From NCBI GenBank assembly GCA_041487535.1, contig JBGPNM010000001.1, positions 1 through 51,972 on the forward strand: a DNA stretch of 51,972 bases, written 5' to 3'. Under the pieces are notes generated by a model. The model was not told the DNA's origin. It ran no database searches and was given only the letters and a program-made list of their open reading frames with translations. Shown piece by piece: positions 42,802-51,972 of the stretch. Positions within the stretch are counted from its first letter, which is position 1. Every line of letters starts with the position of its first letter. Made by a program: the position numbers and the translations under genes. Source of the DNA: Candidatus Saccharimonadia bacterium. GTDB taxonomy: Bacteria > Patescibacteriota > Saccharimonadia > Saccharimonadales > UBA4665.

Positions 42802-43212
42802 ATGCTTATAAGCATGAGCCGTTGGCCGTTCTTACAAATACCCAAACGTCTTGTGTTGCTGCTTGTGCTAGATCTCCTATTTTTCGCACTGGTCAATCCT
42901 GCTTCTAGCAATTCCTTAATTGTTATACTAGGATGCTTGTTACTTGGCTTGACTTTGTATACTATCTTCCGCGCGCTTGGACGAATCCTCACTGCACTCG
43001 TTGCGGTTAGTGATCTTACGCAGAGGCGGCTCTCAATATTTGCTGCAGCGTTGTTGATGTTCCTGCTGCTCATGCAATCCATCGGTCAGTTGAGCCGCCG
43101 TGACATCTTAGCGGCTCTGCTTCTAGCTGCTGCGTTGTATCTGTATGTTAGCTATATTTCCGGCGAAAGTAGCCGTGCTAGCACCAAAGACACTAGAGCA
43201 GAGCGCAACTGA
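42802..43212 (+). CDS. Small 4-TM membrane protein, first gene of the coupling-protein-like module
   Basis: 136 aa with four hydrophobic helices and a charged C-terminal tail. The next gene starts 2 nt downstream. Confidence 0.6.
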   Translation: MLISMSRWPFLQIPKRLVLLLVLDLLFFALVNPASSNSLIVILGCLLLGLTLYTIFRALGRILTALVAVSDLTQRRLSIFAAALLMFLLLMQSIGQLSRRDILAALLLAAALYLYVSYISGESSRASTKDTRAERN

Positions 43213-43214
43213 GG

Positions 43215-43547
43215 TTGTATACTGTTGCTAGTATGATTCCCGATAGCCAGCAACCACTCGTAACAAGCTCGCCTGCAAAAGTTGATTCAGCTCCCAGTGG
43301 CTCTAGTGCTACACTCCCCAACTTGGCGGCAGGTCAGAACTCGGTACAGCGGCAAGCTGCCTCTGATCTGGATATCCCCAACGTTGCAAGCGACAGTGAT
43401 CTTATAGAGAAAGAATGGGTTGCGATAATGAAGAGAATTATACTCGAGAATAAGGATGATCCGTATCGCTTAAGTAGGGCCATAACGCTGCTTAGGGCAG
43501 ACTACATGAAGAAGCGTTATGGCAAGGACATAAAACTAGCGGAGTAG
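43215..43547 (+). CDS. Hypothetical small soluble protein
   Basis: 110 aa with a Ser/Pro/Ala-rich N-terminal half and a helical C-terminal half (EKEWVAIMKRIILENKDDPYRLSRAITLLRADYMKKRYG). The start is uncertain (TTG 43215 or ATG 43233). Confidence 0.5.
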   Translation: MYTVASMIPDSQQPLVTSSPAKVDSAPSGSSATLPNLAAGQNSVQRQAASDLDIPNVASDSDLIEKEWVAIMKRIILENKDDPYRLSRAITLLRADYMKKRYGKDIKLAE

Positions 43548-43548
43548 C

Positions 43549-46500
43549 ATGTCATTTCTTATCGTCACAATCACATTACTGTTTGTATCGGCCGGGCTTG
43601 CTGCTCCGGTTGTCGCTTGGTATGTTCGCCGCAGTTTGCAGGAAAAAAAGAACTACGAACGGTCGCTCAAGACGGTGCCGCTGCTCATTCATTTGCCGCC
43701 AGCCAGTGATGACATTCAATCCAATGGCAGAGATGTGCGCGACATTGTTGACGAAAATATATCAAAGGCTCAAACAATTTACAACATTATCGCCAGCACA
43801 ATGCGCAAGGGTTTCAAGAACAGACTCTACGGACAGCGGCATTTAGCATTCGAGATTGTGGGCAGCCAGGGCTTAGTTTATTTCTACACTATGGCACCGA
43901 TGTCACTAATGGAGGTCGTAAAACAAGCAATAATTAGTGCGTATCCATCGGCTCAAGTTGAGGAAGTTGCTGAGCATAATATTTTTAGTCGTTTCGGCAA
44001 GCTTTCCGCCGTAACAGGCGGTGAGTTCGCGCTCAGTAAGTCGTTCGCGTACCCTATTGCCACGTATCAAGAAACAAAACGTGACGGTATGCAGGCCGTC
44101 CTGAATGCGCTTTCGACGCTTGATAAAGAGGACGGGGCCAGTATTCAGATACTCCTTAGGCCGGCTGACCGTAAGTGGCAGCAGGCCTCAAGCACGATTG
44201 CCAGTAATATCCGGAATGGTAAGTCCTCTAATAAGTCTCTTTTCCAGGGCATCTTATCTATTGCTAAGCAATTCGTGGCAGCACTTTCAAATCCACCCGA
44301 TGCGAGCAAGGATAAGAAGGGCGATAAGCCCGAGCTGTCAAACCTAGAACGCTCCATTGTAGATGCTATTGACGATAAGACCCGCTACCAGGGCTACGAA
44401 GTATTGGTAAGGGTGATTGTTTCGTCCAATATCGCGCAACGTTCGCAGGCTGTTCTGTCTAATATTGTTGCTTCATTCTCATTGTTTGACGCACCAGGCA
44501 AGAATAGCTTCAAGTACCAAGCCGCAGAGCATACCGAAACGCTGGTAAGGGACTATGTAATGAGGCTATTTCCACAACAGAAGAATAAGACTATTCTCAA
44601 TTCGGTTGAGCTCGCGACCATATTCCATTTTCCTGATCAACGCAACATCCCCACGTCTCAGCTGCGTAGGCAGGAGTCGAAACAGGTGGACGCACCCCGC
44701 AATATGCCAGCCGAAGGTCTGCTCATGGGTTACAACCTCTTTAGGGGCGTAAAAAAGCCGATTCGTCTAGCATTGCAGGATAGGCAGCGCCACATGTATG
44801 TAGTGGGGCAGACCGGCACTGGTAAGTCCACTTTCCTAGAGAACCTTGCATTGCAGGATATGCTAAATGGCAATGGGTTTGCGTTTGTTGATCCTCACGG
44901 CGATACGGTCGAGCGTTTACTTGCAATGGTTCCAAAGGAGCGGACAGAGGACATAATCTACTTCTCGCCAGCAGACATGTCTTATCCGATGGGGCTCAAT
45001 ATATTCGAATTCGACACACCAGATCAGAAGGACTTTCTAATCCAGGAAGCTCTTAATATGCTCTACAAGTTGTATGATCCACAACACACAGGCATCATGG
45101 GTCCCCGCTATGAGCATCTCTTTCGAAATGCGGCACTGACCGTTATGGCAGACCCGGAAGGTGGAACCTTTATAGATATACCCAAGCTCTTTCGGGACCC
45201 TAAGTTTGTGCAGCAAAAGCTCAAGTATGTAACCGATCCCAATGTACGTGAATTCTGGGAGAAGGAAGTGCCTCAGTCGCAACGCTCAAATGAGTACGGT
45301 GACGTCGTAAGCTGGTTCATTAGTAAATTCGGTGCGTTCCTGTCGAACGAAATGATGCGTAACATTATTGGCCAGACCAAGAGCGCCTTTAACCTGCGCG
45401 AAATAATGGATACTAATAAGATACTATTAGTAAATCTGAGTAAGGGTAGGACAGGGCTGCTTAACATGCAGCTTCTTGGCATTATTTTCGTCATGAAATT
45501 CCAGGCTGCCGCAATGAGCCGCGCTGCTATACCCGAAAACGAGCGTGTAGACTTTGCGTTGTACGTTGATGAGTTCCAGAACTTCTCGACGGACTCATTT
45601 GCTACTATCCTGTCTGAGGCTCGCAAGTATCACTTGAATCTTATCGCTGCCAACCAGTTTACGACGCAGCTGAGCGAATCAATTCGTGATGCGGTCTTTG
45701 GCAATGTAGGCACGACCGTGGCGTTTCGCGTTGGTGATCGTGACGCTGAAGCACTACGAAAATATTTTCAACCCTCTTTTGATGAAACAGACATTTTACG
45801 AATACCAAATTACAACACTGTAGTACGGACTATGATAGGAGGTGTGCCCACACTGCCGTTTAGCATGGCTACTTTGCCGCCCCTCGGTAACCCCAATATG
45901 CGCCTTGCAGAAGCGCTGAAACAACTCTCTGGTGCTAAGTATGGGCGTCCAAAAGCGGTAGTTGAAGAAGAGATATTTGCGCGTATGGCAACCAAACTTG
46001 AGCAGCCCAAGCCGCCTACGGTTGGCGCCCCGGCCAGTTCTGCGCTTTCGCCATGGGGGGGCTCGCCTTATGGACAGCCGGCGCCAGCTTCGTTGGGCCC
46101 TCCTGCGCCTGTAGCTCGTCCGGCTGATGCCCCCGTCATCGCTAATCAGCCGGTTGGGCCTAAGAGCGCATCTTTCCTTGATGAGTGGCTTGCTAAGCGG
46201 CAAGCCGGCTCACCTTCGACGCCTGCTAGTCCCACAATCCGTAGTAGTAGCCAACCTGCCCAGGATTTTGGCAGCGAAAAAGTAGTAGGTGACAACGATA
46301 CATTGAATAATGGAGGACATAGTAACGGAATGTTAGGTAGTGATGTTCACATGACAACGACTTCTGCCGACCCAGAGGCTTTAATTTCCAACTTGTCTGA
46401 TGATGTAGATAAGGCTAATCCAGAGGTTGCATCTGTCAAAATGCCAAACGCAATTATACTTCCCGACCCGAAACCAAATCATAGTCATATGAATACTGAG

Positions 46501-46566
46501 AGTACTGACGACCAGATATCTATAGATGAGGATGGCGTGCTACATGTCCGTGGTGACAACACTTAG
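43549..46566 (+). CDS. VirD4/TraG/TraD-like (type IV coupling protein-like) membrane ATPase with a large N-terminal domain and a disordered tail
   Basis: N-terminal TM. Walker A VVGQTGTGKST, FVDPHGD, Walker B-like LYVDEFQNF and ARKYHLNLIAANQFTTQL, the TraG/TraD C-terminal pattern. The last 200 aa or so are Pro/Ala/Ser-rich. Confidence 0.75.
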   Translation: MSFLIVTITLLFVSAGLAAPVVAWYVRRSLQEKKNYERSLKTVPLLIHLPPASDDIQSNGRDVRDIVDENISKAQTIYNIIASTMRKGFKNRLYGQRHLAFEIVGSQGLVYFYTMAPMSLMEVVKQAIISAYPSAQVEEVAEHNIFSRFGKLSAVTGGEFALSKSFAYPIATYQETKRDGMQAVLNALSTLDKEDGASIQILLRPADRKWQQASSTIASNIRNGKSSNKSLFQGILSIAKQFVAALSNPPDASKDKKGDKPELSNLERSIVDAIDDKTRYQGYEVLVRVIVSSNIAQRSQAVLSNIVASFSLFDAPGKNSFKYQAAEHTETLVRDYVMRLFPQQKNKTILNSVELATIFHFPDQRNIPTSQLRRQESKQVDAPRNMPAEGLLMGYNLFRGVKKPIRLALQDRQRHMYVVGQTGTGKSTFLENLALQDMLNGNGFAFVDPHGDTVERLLAMVPKERTEDIIYFSPADMSYPMGLNIFEFDTPDQKDFLIQEALNMLYKLYDPQHTGIMGPRYEHLFRNAALTVMADPEGGTFIDIPKLFRDPKFVQQKLKYVTDPNVREFWEKEVPQSQRSNEYGDVVSWFISKFGAFLSNEMMRNIIGQTKSAFNLREIMDTNKILLVNLSKGRTGLLNMQLLGIIFVMKFQAAAMSRAAIPENERVDFALYVDEFQNFSTDSFATILSEARKYHLNLIAANQFTTQLSESIRDAVFGNVGTTVAFRVGDRDAEALRKYFQPSFDETDILRIPNYNTVVRTMIGGVPTLPFSMATLPPLGNPNMRLAEALKQLSGAKYGRPKAVVEEEIFARMATKLEQPKPPTVGAPASSALSPWGGSPYGQPAPASLGPPAPVARPADAPVIANQPVGPKSASFLDEWLAKRQAGSPSTPASPTIRSSSQPAQDFGSEKVVGDNDTLNNGGHSNGMLGSDVHMTTTSADPEALISNLSDDVDKANPEVASVKMPNAIILPDPKPNHSHMNTESTDDQISIDEDGVLHVRGDNT

Positions 46567-46702
46567 TGCAGCATATTATGTAATATTAGGTGGCTTCATG
46601 CATGCGTAGCGTACGGGTAAGTCTAAACGAATTTCCATCTGATGGTTGCTCGCCGTATGGTTTCTGATTATAATAGGTATAACGGGTGGAAAATAAAATT
46701 GA

Positions 46703-48688
<1,986 letters not shown>

Positions 48689-48689
48689 T

Positions 48690-51227
48690 ATGGATAACGA
48701 AACAAAATCGCCAGACCCTGAGATCAATGTGTCTGATTCGGTAAGAACAAGTGATCGCCTGGAGCTACGGACTGTCGAAAATATCATGGAAGATAGTTAT
48801 TTGCGCTATTCCATGAGCGTAATCATTGATCGTGCGTTACCTGACGTCAGGGATGGTCTCAAACCAGTTCACCGCCGCATTCTGTACAGTATGCATGAAG
48901 ACGGATTACGCAGCAACGCACGCCATCGTAAAAGTGCGAACGTTGTCGGTGCGGTTATGGGTAAATACCACCCGCATGGCGATGTTGCCATTTATGATGC
49001 CATGGTGCGCCTGGCCCAGCCGTGGGCGATGCGTTATATGCTCATCAACGGTCAGGGAAACTTCGGTTCAATGGACGGCGATCCGCCGGCTGCTATGCGC
49101 TACACCGAAGCTAAGATGGCACGCTTGGCCGACGAGCTTCTGGCCGACATCGATAAGGAAACGGTCGATTTTCGCGACAACTATGACGGCACCACGACTG
49201 AACCGTCTGTCATGCCTGCAAAGCTTCCTAACCTGCTCCTGAACGGCCAAATGGGTATTGCGGTCGGTATGGCTACGAACATACCGCCCCATAATCTGTG
49301 CGAGCTTGTCGATGCTACTGTCTACCAGATTGACCATGCTGATGCCAGCCTAGATGACCTGCTGGAATATGTTAAGGGTCCGGACTTTCCGACCGGCGGT
49401 GTTATTTATGGCAAAGACTCGATCCGCTCCGCCTACGCCATCGGTCGCGGCGGCGTCGTGACACGTGGCACGGCCGAGATTGTTGAGACAAACAAAGGCC
49501 GTCACCAGATTGTCATAACCGAGATACCCTATGCCCTCAACAAAGAGAGCTTGGTTATTAAAATCGCCGACCTGGTGAAGGAGAAAAAGCTCCTAGGCAT
49601 CGCTGACCTACGCGATGAAAGCGCTCGCGGTAATGTGCGCATCGTCATTGACCTTAAGAAGGATGCCTATCCGAAGAAGCTGCTAAACCAGTTGTATAAA
49701 CAGACGCCGCTGCAGACTAGTTTCCATTTCAATATGATGGCGCTTGTGGATGGCATCCAGCCGCGTGTCCTTGGCTTGCAGGACATTATCAGAGAACACA
49801 TCAAGCATCGCCGCACTGTCGTCCGCCGGCGCACCGAGTACGAACTACGGACAGCTAAGGAGCGGGCGCATATCCTGGAAGGCCTCACCCTTGCACTCGA
49901 TCATATTGACGAGGTCATACAGACTATTCGATCTAGCCAGACGACCGACGAAGCACGCGAGAATCTTATGAAGCGTTTTACTCTAAGTGACATCCAAGCT
50001 AGGGCAATTCTGGCAATGCCGCTGCGCACGCTTGCCGGCCTAGAGCGCAAGAAGATTGAAGACGAGCTTGCCGAACTCCGCAAAATCATCAGCCAGCTCG
50101 AAGCTATTTTGGCCGATGAGCAGAAAATTTTGAATATCATTAAGGATGAACTCCTGCAGCTGAAACAACAGTATGGCGACGAGCGCCGGACGCGAATTGT
50201 GCCGCAAGAGCTAGACCGTCTGAGCGACGAGGATCTAATCGCCGATGAGCAAGTTGTTGTGACGCTGACAGCAGCAAACTACATAAAACGGAGTCAGATA
50301 GCTGAATATAAGAAGCAGGGGCGCGGCGGCAAGGGCCGGCGCGGCATGGTGACCCGTGAAGAGGATGTCATTGATAAAGTTGTCTATGCCAGCACTCACG
50401 ACTTTCTCTTATTCTTCACGAACAAAGGCCGTGTTTTCCGTATGAAGACATACGAGGTGCCAACGGCTAGTCTAGGCGCTAAGGGCATAGCACTCGTCAA
50501 CTTGTTACAGCTGCAGCCGGAAGAAACCGTCAACGCCATCATTAACGTCAGCAAGCAGGCGAATGGCGGCAACCTCTTTATGTGTACCAAGCGCGGCACG
50601 GTCAAAAAAACTCCTTTCGAGCAGTATCAGAACGTACGCAACAGCGGACTAATCGCGATAAATCTGGATGACGGTGACGAGCTGCAATGGATTCGCATGA
50701 CTGCCGGCAACAACGAGGTACTCATTTCTACCGCCCAAGGGCAGGCGATCCGTTTCCACGAACGTGAGGTTAGGCCAATGGGGCGTGTCTCGCGGGGAGT
50801 CCGCGGCATTCGCTTGCGTATGGACGATGCGGTAATCGGTATGGACGTAGTCGAGGAAGGCTCCAGTATCTTTGTAATCAGCAAATACGGCTATGGTAAG
50901 CGCACCAAGGTCTCTCAGTTCGCGCCGCATGCCCGCGGCGGGGTTGGTATCCGCTCGGCCGTCGTGAACGCCAAGACAGGCAAGCTGATAGGCGTGAAGA
51001 CGCTTAGCGAAGACGACGGCCAGGAAGTGATTATCATTTCCAGCCAAGGCCAAACAATCCGCCTGGGCCTCAAAGACATACCTGCACTGGGCCGCGCGAC
51101 GCAAGGAGTGCGTATCATGCGCTTGAACGATAATGATGAGGCTGTTTCGCTGGCGTTAGTAGATAAAGCTGACGAAGCCGAAGAAGATGAGGAGAGTACA
51201 GAGGAGACACCAGCAGAGCAAGAGTAA
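48690..51227 (+). CDS. gyrA: DNA gyrase subunit A
   Basis: [27 protein letters not shown], the AAMRYTE active-site Tyr region, a C-terminal beta-pinwheel repeat and an acidic tail. Confidence 0.97.
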   Translation: MDNETKSPDPEINVSDSVRTSDRLELRTVENIMEDSYLRYSMSVIIDRALPDVRDGLKPVHRRILYSMHEDGLRSNARHRKSANVVGAVMGKYHPHGDVAIYDAMVRLAQPWAMRYMLINGQGNFGSMDGDPPAAMRYTEAKMARLADELLADIDKETVDFRDNYDGTTTEPSVMPAKLPNLLLNGQMGIAVGMATNIPPHNLCELVDATVYQIDHADASLDDLLEYVKGPDFPTGGVIYGKDSIRSAYAIGRGGVVTRGTAEIVETNKGRHQIVITEIPYALNKESLVIKIADLVKEKKLLGIADLRDESARGNVRIVIDLKKDAYPKKLLNQLYKQTPLQTSFHFNMMALVDGIQPRVLGLQDIIREHIKHRRTVVRRRTEYELRTAKERAHILEGLTLALDHIDEVIQTIRSSQTTDEARENLMKRFTLSDIQARAILAMPLRTLAGLERKKIEDELAELRKIISQLEAILADEQKILNIIKDELLQLKQQYGDERRTRIVPQELDRLSDEDLIADEQVVVTLTAANYIKRSQIAEYKKQGRGGKGRRGMVTREEDVIDKVVYASTHDFLLFFTNKGRVFRMKTYEVPTASLGAKGIALVNLLQLQPEETVNAIINVSKQANGGNLFMCTKRGTVKKTPFEQYQNVRNSGLIAINLDDGDELQWIRMTAGNNEVLISTAQGQAIRFHEREVRPMGRVSRGVRGIRLRMDDAVIGMDVVEEGSSIFVISKYGYGKRTKVSQFAPHARGGVGIRSAVVNAKTGKLIGVKTLSEDDGQEVIIISSQGQTIRLGLKDIPALGRATQGVRIMRLNDNDEAVSLALVDKADEAEEDEESTEETPAEQE

Positions 51228-51268
51228 TGTCCGCTGTAATTGTCACAACCAGATCTGCCATAACTATC

Positions 51269-51297
51269 TTGACAACTGCCCCGCTGACCAGTAGTAT
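51269..51297 (+). promoter_or_regulatory. Candidate rRNA operon promoter
   Basis: TTGACA (51269-51274), a 17-nt spacer, then TAGTAT (51292-51297), about 140 nt upstream of the 16S 5' end. Confidence 0.5.
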
Positions 51298-51437
51298 TGG
51301 TTGAGAACTTTCGAGGTGTATTAAAGCGCCTTCGAGAAGTTCCTTAAAAATTGAGTAGTGCAAATCAACGTCAGTTCATATTGAACTATGTTTTAACAGT
51401 AAGTCAGATTTTGACTGAAGTTTAGGATAGATTCTTT

Positions 51438-51972
<535 letters not shown>

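Overview
The window is about 52 kb and roughly 50% GC by eye. It most likely comes from a Patescibacteria/CPR genome of the Saccharibacteria (TM7) type. That assignment is an inference from the partial 16S rRNA at the 3' end, the small housekeeping operons and a secretin-less type IV pilus locus. Content from left to right: (1) A partial F1Fo ATP synthase operon on the minus strand, with b, delta, alpha, gamma, beta and epsilon. There are no a or c subunit genes, and an unrecognised exported protein sits in their place. (2) A type IV pilus (T4P) locus of about 14.5 kb on the plus strand. It holds a pilin stub, a TPR protein, a 722-aa secreted protein, pilMNO, a small TM protein, pilB, pilT, pilC, the major pilin, pilD and three minor pilin/PilX-like genes. 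(3) xerC-like recombinase, ndk and tRNA-Arg, followed by a visibly AT-richer islet encoding a Tat-signal zinc-protease-like protein. (4) A bPH membrane protein and a parvulin PPIase. (5) An islet between tRNA-Asp and tRNA-Thr with a RelB/RelE-type toxin-antitoxin pair, a DUF218 pseudogene and a MEDS-domain protein. (6) tRNA-Gly and a processive GT2 synthase with a small membrane partner. (7) nrdR, tRNA-Val, a T-box leader plus thrS, an ATL/MGMT-like protein, miaA, a wHTH regulator, an MBL hydrolase, rpmB, an M50 protease, tRNA-Pro, an ASCH-RNase HI fusion, rnpB, infC-rpmI-rplT and comM/yifB. (8) A three-gene module ending in a 1005-aa VirD4/TraG-like ATPase. (9) gyrB, gyrA and the 5' part of a 16S rRNA that carries a large helix-6 expansion. 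I saw no CRISPR array and no recognisable defence system. The candidates I consider most worth follow-up are the orphan coupling-protein-like module, the exported protein embedded in the atp operon, the uncharacterised genes and nested hairpin element inside the T4P locus, and the 16S expansion segment. All calls come from reading motifs in the supplied translations and sequence, with no searches run.
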